From an uncultured Gemmatimonadaceae bacterium (GTDB taxonomy: Bacteria > Gemmatimonadota > Gemmatimonadetes > Gemmatimonadales > Gemmatimonadaceae), in assembly GCA_963829055.1 (NCBI GenBank), contig CAWHHI010000008.1:64001-128000 (forward strand): 64,000 nucleotides of DNA, written 5' to 3'. This document shows, one piece after another, positions 55,941-64,000 of this stretch. The number at the start of each line of letters is the position of its first letter. Position 1 is the first letter of the stretch. The notes under the pieces are model-generated. The model did no database searches. It saw nothing but the letters and a program-made list of their open reading frames with translations, and was not told the origin of the DNA. The translations under genes were made by a program, and so were the position numbers.

Positions 55941-57227
55941 TCAACGGCCGTATTTCTTCATGATCGTTTTCAGTCGATCTACCGGCAGCGCGTAGACACG
56001 GAGGTCGTTCGCGCCGGTCATCGTCTCCGCGGCCAGCAACGCGTTGACGATTGCCTCCTCGGTTGCCTGCGCGGTTGCCGTGAACAGCGGGGTGATCTTC
56101 GCGTTCGCGAGCATCTTGACGCTGGCGGTATCTGCCGCCCCCGCCGCACCCGCGTTCGCGGTCGAGAACGCCACGAAGATGTCGCCCGACGAATTTCCAC
56201 CCCATCCCCCCATCCGCCCGACGCCGAGCGAGATGCGCGTCGCCATGCGCTTGAGCTGATGCGGCAGCAGGGGCGCGTCGGTAGCCAGGACGACGATGAT
56301 CGACCCGGCGCCGTCTTCATCGTTGCGGCCCGGCGTTGGTGCGTCACAGGGGCGGCGCTGCCCAGGTCCGCCCTGCGCGGGAACCGGGTCATGATTCGCG
56401 ATACACGCCGCGAGATCGGGGATCTCTTCACCGACCGGGACGCCGGCGATTCTCAGGTCGCGCCGAGCGCCATAGTTGCACTGCACGAGCACGCCTACGG
56501 TGTAGCCGCCCTGCTCCGGCGGGAGTTTTCGTGATGCCGTACCGATCCCACCCTTGAAGCCGTGGCACACCATCCCGGTGCCGCCGCCGACGGCACCCTC
56601 CTGTACCGGACCGCCGCGCGCACCATCCAGCGCGCTGAATACATGCTCCGGCTTCACGTGAAAGCCGTTGATGTCGTTCAACCCGCCGTCATACGTCTCG
56701 GCGACGACAGGTAGCCCCCACGGCTGCATCCCCGGCTTGCCGACCTGCCACTGCAGAATCGCGTCGCGCACCACACCCACGCTGTGCGTGTTCGTGATCG
56801 CGATGGGTCCTTCGAGAATCCCGGATTCCTGCAGCCATGTAGTCCCGGTCATCTCGCCGTTCCCATTCAGCGTGAACCACGCGCCGAATACGGGGTCGGG
56901 GTTTGCCTTCCCCCGCGGATGGATGACCGTGACGCCGGTTCGAATCGGACCCTTCCCCACTACGAGCTTGCCACTGCCCGAGATCAGCGTGGTGTGGCCG
57001 ACTTCGATTCCCGCGACGTCAGTGATCGCGTCGAGCGCCCCCGCAGTCCCGCCGATTGGCAGCCCGAGATCGCGGGCGCGCGGCTTCGCCGGCGTCTGCG
57101 CGCCGAGCGACGCACCCACCACGAGTGCCACGACGGCCGCGCACGCCAGTCGGTCGAGATTCCGTGTCGGCGTGCGCGCGTCGACAGCGCACGGCTGTCG
57201 ACGCTCCCGTGAAACGTTAGGCATCAT
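55941..57227 (-). CDS. P1/DmpA family aminopeptidase (peptidase S58), exported
   Basis: LNGNGEMTG, FKGGIGTASR, GSIIVVLATDAP and SSGD motifs. Confidence 0.9.
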   Translation of the reverse strand: MMPNVSRERRQPCAVDARTPTRNLDRLACAAVVALVVGASLGAQTPAKPRARDLGLPIGGTAGALDAITDVAGIEVGHTTLISGSGKLVVGKGPIRTGVTVIHPRGKANPDPVFGAWFTLNGNGEMTGTTWLQESGILEGPIAITNTHSVGVVRDAILQWQVGKPGMQPWGLPVVAETYDGGLNDINGFHVKPEHVFSALDGARGGPVQEGAVGGGTGMVCHGFKGGIGTASRKLPPEQGGYTVGVLVQCNYGARRDLRIAGVPVGEEIPDLAACIANHDPVPAQGGPGQRRPCDAPTPGRNDEDGAGSIIVVLATDAPLLPHQLKRMATRISLGVGRMGGWGGNSSGDIFVAFSTANAGAAGAADTASVKMLANAKITPLFTATAQATEEAIVNALLAAETMTGANDLRVYALPVDRLKTIMKKYGR

Positions 57228-57309
57228 CGATTGGCCTCGCGTGGCGAACGTGACAGACGTGACGGTGGGTACGACGTCTTCGGGCAGACGAGCGATTGCG
57301 TTCGTGCGG

Positions 57310-58663
57310 CTAGCTGACCGACTTGATCACGTCGGCCAGCGTTCCGACCAATTCGTCGATCTGTCGCTTCTCGATGATCAGCGGCGGAGAGAGCGCGATG
57401 ATGTCTCCCGTCACACGAATCAGCGCACCGCGGTTGAAACACTCGATGAACACGTCGAACCCGCGCGCGCCCGGTGCGGCAGCGCGCGGCTCGAGCTCGA
57501 ATGCCGCCCACGAGTCCGAGGTTCCGGATGTCGATCACGTGCGGCAGGCCACGCAGCGAGTGCAGCGCGTTTTCCCAGTACGGTGCCAGCGACGCCGCGC
57601 GCTCGAACAGCCCTTCCGTCCGATACAACTCGAGCGTTGCGAGACCAGCCGCCGCCGCCAGCGGATGTCCGGAGTACGTATAGCCGTGAAACAGCTCGAT
57701 GCCAGTTGGCGCCGAGTTCACGACCGTATCGTAGATGCCGTGACGAACGAACACGGCGCCCATCGGGACGGCGGCATTCGTTAGGCCCTTCGCCACCGTC
57801 ATCAGGTCGGGAACCACGCCGAAGTAATCCGCCGCGAACGGTGTACCCAACCGGCCGAAGCCGGTGATGACTTCGTCGAAAATGAGCAGGATCCCGTGGC
57901 GATCACAGATGCCGCGGAGCCGCTCGAGATATCCCTTCGGAGGAATCAGCACGCCCGTGGATCCCGCCATCGGCTCGACGATCACCGCCGCAATCGTGTC
58001 CGCGCCGCGCTCCCGAACGATACGCTCGAGATCATCCGCGAGCTCCGCACCGTGAGCCGGCACGCCGCGCGAGAACGCGTTGCGCGCGAGGTCGTGCGTA
58101 TGCGGCATGTGGTCCACCTGCGGGAGCAACTGTGCCGCATAGGCGCGCTTGTTGGGCTCGATGCCGCCGACCGAGATCCCCCCGAATCCTACGCCGTGAT
58201 ATCCGCGGAGCCGTCCGACAAACCGCGTGCGCTGCGGCTCCCCCTTCGACTGGAAATACGCCAGCGCAATCTTGAGCGCCGAGTCGACCGCTTCCGAACC
58301 AGAGTTCGAGAAGAAGACGTGATCCAGGTCGCCCGGCAGCATCTGCGCGACCCGCTCGGCGAGTGCGAAGCTGTACGGATGCCCCATCTGAAAGCCAGGC
58401 GCGAAGTCCAGCGTCGCCGCGGCTTCCTGCACCGCGCGCACGATCGGCTCACGGCAGTGGCCTGCGTTCACGCACCACAGTCCCGCCGTGCCGTCGAGCA
58501 CCTGACGGCCATCGACCGACGTGTAGTACATGCCGTTGGCCGATGCGAGCATTCGCGGCGCGCGCTTGAACGCACGGTTCGCCGTGAACGGCATCCAGAG
58601 CTCCTCGAGTGATGGCTCGGAAGCGATTGCGCTGGCGATGGAGGCAGTCTCAGTCATGGTCAT
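57310..58663 (-). CDS. Class III omega-amino acid:pyruvate aminotransferase, frameshift near 57500
   Basis: LWMPFTANR, GLWCVNAGH, FDEVITGFGR, AKGLT and HGYTYSGHP motifs. Confidence 0.92.
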
Positions 58664-58726
58664 GTCCTTCTCGTAGGTTCGTCGTGTCCGTGCCATCGAG
58701 CAACGGCTATTGAACGCGATTGAACG

Positions 58727-59479
58727 CTATTCCGGTCCATCTCCCCCGCCTAACACGGGGTTCCCTTCCGCTTCACGATCATCCGCAAGCTCGGCCTCGC
58801 GCTCGGCCGCCGCAATCGCGTCGCGCTCCGCCTTGTATCGCTCGTACCACGCGCGAGTGACCTCGCCCGCGAGCTCCCGGTTGCCGAGTCCGAACGAGAG
58901 CGCGAGTGCAAGCGCGACTGCGCCGAACAGAATCGCGAACGCGGTGACGACGATCTCGTTGGCGATGCCCAGTTGCTGCAGCGCCATGAAGATCGCGAGC
59001 AGTATCACACCCCAGCGTCCTACACGCGCGAGTGTGGGCCCACCTTGAATGGCTCCGGCGGAGGCCAGAATCAATCCACCCACGAATCTTCCGAGCACGA
59101 TGCCGACGATGAGCAGGACGATCGCCGCCATCATGCTCGGGATGTAACCGACCAGCTCCGAGAACACGTCGGCGAGCGTTTCCATTCCCAGCGCGTTCGC
59201 GGCAACCATAATCACCACGAACATCACGAACCAGAAGACCAGGTTCGCGATCACGCGAGAGGGATTGAAGTGCGATCCCGATCGCTCCACGGCTTGCATG
59301 ACGCCGCCGCGCTCGAGGAAATAGTTCAGCCGCATGCGGCGGAAGAGACGTTCCGTTCCGCGTTCGATGAGCTTCGCCAGGAGATACCCGGCGAACAGGA
59401 TGATGAGCGCGCCGAAGAGCGCGGGGACGAATTCGGCGAACTGGGCGAAGCTGCTTTGCAGTCGCTCCAGAAAAGTCAT
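58727..59479 (-). CDS. Mechanosensitive-channel-related TM helix protein (CmpX-like)
   Basis: Repeated TM helices; ALQQLGIA...ALALSFGLG. Confidence 0.75.
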   Translation of the reverse strand: MTFLERLQSSFAQFAEFVPALFGALIILFAGYLLAKLIERGTERLFRRMRLNYFLERGGVMQAVERSGSHFNPSRVIANLVFWFVMFVVIMVAANALGMETLADVFSELVGYIPSMMAAIVLLIVGIVLGRFVGGLILASAGAIQGGPTLARVGRWGVILLAIFMALQQLGIANEIVVTAFAILFGAVALALALSFGLGNRELAGEVTRAWYERYKAERDAIAAAEREAELADDREAEGNPVLGGGDGPE

Positions 59480-59501
59480 GCGGAAGCTCCGGGTCGGTCC
59501 C

Positions 59502-59729
59502 TCAGTTTCTCGTGCCTCGTTTCACATCGAAGATGGCGCTCCGATGGCATTTCGGGCAGATGAGCCACTCACGTCGTCGCGCGTACCCAAGCCCAAACGA
59601 CCCGCCGCCAATGGTCCGAGCGGAGAGCGCCACCGTGCACCGCGGGCAGTGAGCCGAGTGGCCGGCCGCAACAGCTTCGCGGATCTCTCGCTGTTCTTCG
59701 ACCGTGAACTGCGCCTGATCTCCGGTCAC
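59502..59729 (-). CDS. Small zinc-ribbon protein (75 aa)
   Basis: CPRC...CPKC; GTG start overlaps the upstream TGA. Confidence 0.7.
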   Translation of the reverse strand: MTGDQAQFTVEEQREIREAVAAGHSAHCPRCTVALSARTIGGGSFGLGYARRREWLICPKCHRSAIFDVKRGTRN

Positions 59730-60769
59730 CGGTCCGCCACCCGCACCACGACCTTGCCGAACTGCTGTCCCGATTGGAGCCGCTCGAACGCCTCCCGCCC
59801 CTTCTCGAGCGGGAATTCCGAGTCGATCGGCGGTTGCAACCGCCCCTCCCGAAGCTCCGCGACGATCGCCTCGAACTCGTCGTCGCTGCCCATCGTCGAA
59901 CCCATCAGGGTCCACTGATTCCAGAACATTCTCCGGACGTCGGTCTGCACCAGTGGGCCGGACGTGCCGCCGCAGGTGACGAGCCGGCCGCGCTTCCCGA
60001 GCGACCCGAGCGACGAGGCCCACGTCGCCTCCCCGACGCAATCGATGACGACATCCACACCGCGCTTCCCCGTTCGCGCGCGGACCTCCTTCCCGACATC
60101 GTGTGTCGTATGGTTGATGAGCTCATCGGCGCCTAACACGGCCGCGCGGGCCAGCTTGGCGTCGCTGCTCGATGTCACCCATACGCGCGCGCCGAGGTAC
60201 TTGGAGATCTGCAGCGCGGCAAGTGCGACACCGCCACCGATGCCTTGAATGAGCACCTGGTCGCTCGGGCGAACATTCGCGCGCGACACCACCATGCGCC
60301 ACGCCGTCAGCGTCGCCAACGGAAACGCTGCCGCAACCGACAAATCGACGGTCGGTGGAATCGGCAGCACGTTCGCCACTGGAACGACGACGAACTCCGC
60401 CAACGAACCCGGCCGGTGCTCGCCGAGAATGCTGTAGCGAAGGCAGAGCGGATTGTCGCCGGTGCGGCAATACTCGCAGGTGCGGTCGCTCACCCCCGGA
60501 TTGAGCACGACGCGATCACCCGGCCGAACCGACGTCACTCCGGGCCCCACCGCGTCGACGACGCCAGCGCAATCCGAGCCGAGAATCCAGCCGGGAGATA
60601 TGCGAACCCCGGGTACGCCGCGAACCACCCAGAGGTCGAGATGATTCAGCGCCGCCGCATGCACACGAACCCGCACATCGTCGGGCGACGTGATCTCGGG
60701 TGCAGGGATGTCGTCGCGAAACTTGAGTTGATCGAGTTGGCCGTGCGCATCGATCGTCAGCGCTCGCAC
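59726..60769 (-). CDS. Zinc-binding alcohol dehydrogenase/quinone oxidoreductase (MDR family)
   Basis: [17 protein letters not shown] and FGKVVV motifs. Confidence 0.9.
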   Translation of the reverse strand: MRALTIDAHGQLDQLKFRDDIPAPEITSPDDVRVRVHAAALNHLDLWVVRGVPGVRISPGWILGSDCAGVVDAVGPGVTSVRPGDRVVLNPGVSDRTCEYCRTGDNPLCLRYSILGEHRPGSLAEFVVVPVANVLPIPPTVDLSVAAAFPLATLTAWRMVVSRANVRPSDQVLIQGIGGGVALAALQISKYLGARVWVTSSSDAKLARAAVLGADELINHTTHDVGKEVRARTGKRGVDVVIDCVGEATWASSLGSLGKRGRLVTCGGTSGPLVQTDVRRMFWNQWTLMGSTMGSDDEFEAIVAELREGRLQPPIDSEFPLEKGREAFERLQSGQQFGKVVVRVADR

Positions 60770-60834
60770 GAGGTTCCTCGACGGTTATATTCCGCGAAAA
60801 CTTCGCCCACCATACCGGTCACTGGATTCGCGGA

Positions 60835-62127
60835 ATGATATCGATCAAGGTGCCCCCTCTCGGAGAATCGATCGTCGAAGCGACGGTCGCTCGATGGCTC
60901 AAGAAGGAGGGGGATGCGGTCGCTGCAGGCGACACTCTGGTCGAATTGGAGACGGATAAAGTTACCGTCGAGGTGCCCGCGCTCAAAGCGGGTGTGCTCG
61001 CTCGGCAAGTGAAGCACGACGGTGATGTCGTCGCCGTCGATGACGTCCTTGGCGAGATCGACGAGACAGCAGCAGGTGCGTCTGCCGCGCCCGCGCCCGC
61101 TGAAGCTCCGACGCCGCAGCGGAACGCGGCTCAAGTCGACCCCGCTGCCACGCCCGCTCCAGCCGCGGCGCCCGTTGACGTCAAGGCATCGCCTGCGGCC
61201 AGGCGCATCGCCGCTGAAGGCGGAGTCGATCTCGGCGGCATCACCGGAACCGGTCGAGGCGGTGTAGTCAGCAAGCCGGATGTCATCGAACAGGCCGACC
61301 GCGCAACGCCGCCCAACACACAACGTGGTGATGGCGCCGGCTCACAACCCGCGGCGCGGCCAGCTGTCGAAGCGGCCCCACGGCCAGCGACCGCCCCGAG
61401 CAAGCCGCCGACCGCACCCGCTCCCGCGGGCGCGCGCGAAACGCGCGAGAAGATGTCGACGCGCCGCAAGCGCATTGCCGAACATCTCCTCGAAGCGCAG
61501 CACGCGACAGCGCACCTGACGACGTTCAACGAAATCGACATGTCGGCGGTGAGCACGCTCCGCGAACGCATCAAGGAGCGTGTCGAGAAGGAGCGTGGAG
61601 TGAAGCTCAGCTTCATGCCGTTCTTCGTGAAGGCCGCGTGTCAGGCGCTCGAGGCGTACCCAGTCGTCAATGCGCAGATCGATGGTGACTCGATCGTCTA
61701 CAAGCACTACGTCAACATGGGAATCGCCGTCGCGTCCGATGCCGGTCTGGTTGTGCCGAACATCAAGGACGCGGATCGCAAAGGCATGGTCGAGGTCTCG
61801 AGCGACATCGCCGCGATCGCAAAGCGCGCGCGCGACGGCAAGCTCACGATGGACGATCTCACCGGCGGCACGTTCACCATCACGAATGGCGGCGTGTTCG
61901 GTTCACTGGTGTCGACACCGATCATCAACTATCCGCAGGTCGCCATTCTCGGACTGCACAAGATTCAGGATCGCCCGGTCGCCATCAACGGCAAGGTCGA
62001 GATTCGGCCCATGATGTATGTGGCTCTCTCGTACGATCACCGAATCATCGATGGGCAGCAGGCGGTGTTGTTCCTCGTGCGCGTGAAGGAGTTGATGGAA
62101 GATCCCGCGACGATGCTGATCAACTAA
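60835..62127 (+). CDS. sucB: 2-oxoglutarate dehydrogenase E2, dihydrolipoamide succinyltransferase
   Basis: Lipoyl [20 protein letters not shown] and YDHRIIDG motifs. Confidence 0.95.
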   Translation: MISIKVPPLGESIVEATVARWLKKEGDAVAAGDTLVELETDKVTVEVPALKAGVLARQVKHDGDVVAVDDVLGEIDETAAGASAAPAPAEAPTPQRNAAQVDPAATPAPAAAPVDVKASPAARRIAAEGGVDLGGITGTGRGGVVSKPDVIEQADRATPPNTQRGDGAGSQPAARPAVEAAPRPATAPSKPPTAPAPAGARETREKMSTRRKRIAEHLLEAQHATAHLTTFNEIDMSAVSTLRERIKERVEKERGVKLSFMPFFVKAACQALEAYPVVNAQIDGDSIVYKHYVNMGIAVASDAGLVVPNIKDADRKGMVEVSSDIAAIAKRARDGKLTMDDLTGGTFTITNGGVFGSLVSTPIINYPQVAILGLHKIQDRPVAINGKVEIRPMMYVALSYDHRIIDGQQAVLFLVRVKELMEDPATMLIN

Positions 62128-62156
62128 CGCAGCGCCCGCACCGCACTCCGGCTCTC

Positions 62157-62200
62157 CCCGGGATGCACGCTCCTCGTGAGCGATGCATCCCGGGTTTTTT
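62157..62200 (+). terminator. Rho-independent terminator after sucB
   Basis: CCCGGGATGCA...TGCATCCCGGG-TTTTTT. Confidence 0.85.
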
Positions 62201-62376
62201 CATCGGGGATTTCCGTCTCGAGGCAAACCCTTTTCCGTCGAACTGCATCCAATGAGCAACAGAGAGTGAGACGGGCGCGCGATGCTGCGACTGTCGGGAG
62301 CCCTCGGAGCCGCTGATGCCGAGAGCCGACACTTTTCGATAGGTATCTCGTAGTGAGCGGTGACAGGAGTAGCCAG

Positions 62377-62817
62377 ATGGGCAAGTCTTCAACTTCATTC
62401 GCGTTTACGCCAATACCGCCCGCGCGCGGAAGCTTCAGGCCGCCAATCATGTCGGCCCTTTCCGGAGTCTGGCGCGGACATCTGATGGCGGCTGACGAGG
62501 ACGTCAGCGTTCCGTTCACCTTGATTCGCGATGCGTCGGTGGACGCGTCAGTTGTAGGACGGTTCCTGTTCTTCATGACGAAGGACATCCCGCCTACCGG
62601 TGCCAAGCTGCTCGAAGCAAGTCAGAGCACGTTCGTCGCGATGGTCGGGCCGTATTTCGATCCGCGTGAGAACGCCGAAGTGGTGACGGTGTTCGAGGGT
62701 CGTCGCGTCGACGGGAAGATTTCGGGCAAGTTCAACACGCGACTCGTACGCGGATACCGGCCGCTGCGCGAAGGGAAATTCGTGGCAGTCCGCGCTGACA
62801 CCGAAGCACACGTGTAA
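62377..62817 (+). CDS. Hypothetical protein
   Basis: AGGAG RBS, 146-codon ORF, flanked by terminators. Confidence 0.6.
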   Translation: MGKSSTSFAFTPIPPARGSFRPPIMSALSGVWRGHLMAADEDVSVPFTLIRDASVDASVVGRFLFFMTKDIPPTGAKLLEASQSTFVAMVGPYFDPRENAEVVTVFEGRRVDGKISGKFNTRLVRGYRPLREGKFVAVRADTEAHV

Positions 62818-62868
62818 TTGAAGCCGCCGACTCCGGCGGCGCTGATGGGGCTCCCTGAGGGGGGAGCG

Positions 62869-62910
62869 GCGGGTACGGTCGCCTTCGGTGGCCGTACCCG
62901 CTACTTTTTT
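62869..62910 (+). terminator. Rho-independent terminator
   Basis: GCGGGTACGGTCGCC-TTC-GGTGGCCGTACCCGC-TACTTTTTT. Confidence 0.8.
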
Positions 62911-62937
62911 CCGCTTCCCCTTGTGCCCCAATGAAAC

Positions 62938-64000
62938 ATGGCAAACGCTAGCGAAACGGCCGACGTCGTTGTCATCGGCGGCGGTCCCGGCGGCTATGTC
63001 GCCGCGATCCGCGCCGCGCAACTCGGCCTGAAGACGGTTTGCGTCGAGATGGACAAAACGCTCGGCGGGACGTGCGTCAATGTCGGCTGCATTCCCTCCA
63101 AAGCACTGCTTCAGTCATCCGAGCACTACGAGTTCGCTCGCGTACATGCGGCCGAGCACGGGATCAACTTCGACGGCGTGAAGGTGGATCTGCCGACGAT
63201 GATGAACCGCAAAGTGGAGGTCGTCGCCCAGAACACGCGAGGCGTTGAGTTTCTCTTCAAGAAGAACAAGGTCACCTGGGCGAAAGGCCGCGGCACCTTG
63301 CGACCTGGGAACCTCGTCGAGGTCGCTGGCAGCGATGGTTCGGTCACGACGTATCAGGCCAGGAACGTCATCATCGCGACTGGCTCCGTGCCCATCGAGC
63401 TGCCGTTTCTCAAGTTCGATGAGCGCCGCGTGTTATCGAACATTGGCGCGCTGACCATCGGCGAGGTTCCGAAACACCTTGTGGTGATCGGCGGTGGTGT
63501 GATCGGTCTAGAGCTGGGCTCGGTGTGGCGACGATTGGGCGCCAAGGTTACCGTCGTCGAGCTCATGCCCACGATCCTGCCCGGCATGGATGCCGACGTC
63601 GTGAAGGAAGCCGACAAGGTCTTTCGCAAGCAGGGTCTGGAGATCCGCGCCGGAACGAAAGTGACCGGCGCAACCATCGAAGCCGATCGCGTGCTCGTCC
63701 AGACCGACAAGGACGGAACATCGGAGACGCTCGAGGCCGATTACGTGCTGGTCTCGATTGGGCGCCGTTCCTCCATCACGGGCATCGATGCCGCCGCGCT
63801 CGGCCTGAATGTCGGTAAGCGCGGTGAGATTCTCGTCGACCACGCGATGCGCACGAACCTGCCGGGCGTATTCGCGATCGGTGACGTGGTTGGCGGAAAA
63901 TTGCTCGCGCACAAGGCCGAAGAAGAGGGCGTCATCGCCGCCGAGGTCATCGCCGGAAAGCCGTCGGAAATGCACTACCGATCGATGCCATCCATCGTAT
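62938..64000 (+). CDS. lpdA: Dihydrolipoyl dehydrogenase (partial, runs off window end)
   Basis: Translated by hand: GGGPGGY, GGTCVNVGCIPSK, GGGVIGLE and LLAHKAEEEG. Confidence 0.95.
   Translation, partial: MANASETADVVVIGGGPGGYVAAIRAAQLGLKTVCVEMDKTLGGTCVNVGCIPSKALLQSSEHYEFARVHAAEHGINFDGVKVDLPTMMNRKVEVVAQNTRGVEFLFKKNKVTWAKGRGTLRPGNLVEVAGSDGSVTTYQARNVIIATGSVPIELPFLKFDERRVLSNIGALTIGEVPKHLVVIGGGVIGLELGSVWRRLGAKVTVVELMPTILPGMDADVVKEADKVFRKQGLEIRAGTKVTGATIEADRVLVQTDKDGTSETLEADYVLVSIGRRSSITGIDAAALGLNVGKRGEILVDHAMRTNLPGVFAIGDVVGGKLLAHKAEEEGVIAAEVIAGKPSEMHYRSMPSIV

Larger units (their letters stand above)
2149..60137. repeat. Dispersed non-palindromic motif YGTTAGG(C), about 41 copies on both strands
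   Basis: Manual scan found 34 exact GTTAGGC/GCCTAAC plus 7 GTTAGG[G/T] variants; positions are listed in findings. Confidence 0.9.

Noticed and set aside
1..58663. Many frameshifted genes read as mass pseudogenisation or programmed frameshifting
   Set aside because: Single-base indels hit even core genes such as coxA and mntH while motifs stay intact across frames; assembly error is the simpler explanation.
2149..60137. TTAGGC as a nematode telomeric repeat, a CRISPR repeat or a Chi/KOPS site
   Set aside because: Copies are single, irregularly spaced, embedded in bacterial ORFs and strand-balanced.

Overview
GC-rich (roughly 65-70% by eye) bacterial chromosomal window, probably Gemmatimonadota (inferred from composition and gene content, not proven). 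Many conserved genes are split by single-base indels, which looks like long-read assembly error, so joined coordinates are approximate. It holds about 50 mostly housekeeping genes: mntH-usp with a DtxR/MntR-type operator, an ECF sigma/anti-sigma/DUF4097 cluster, a cNMP-fused aspartase, a caa3 cytochrome oxidase operon, dacB, a NarL-type two-component pair, a diguanylate cyclase, gyrA, a GH1/GT/UGM sugar cluster, sucB and lpdA. I saw no rRNA, tRNA, CRISPR array, transposase or integrase. The strongest signal the genes do not explain is a dispersed non-palindromic motif, YGTTAGG(C). I counted 41 copies by eye, 34 of them exact GTTAGGC/GCCTAAC split 17:17 between strands, written into coding sequence through rare codons, which resembles a DNA-uptake or highly iterated genomic signature. 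The window also carries a host-like operon (N6-adenine methyltransferase, SNF2-like helicase, HAD hydrolase) with no evident nuclease, a eukaryote-type UDP-galactopyranose mutase, and an apparently degenerate nicotinate phosphoribosyltransferase paralogue.
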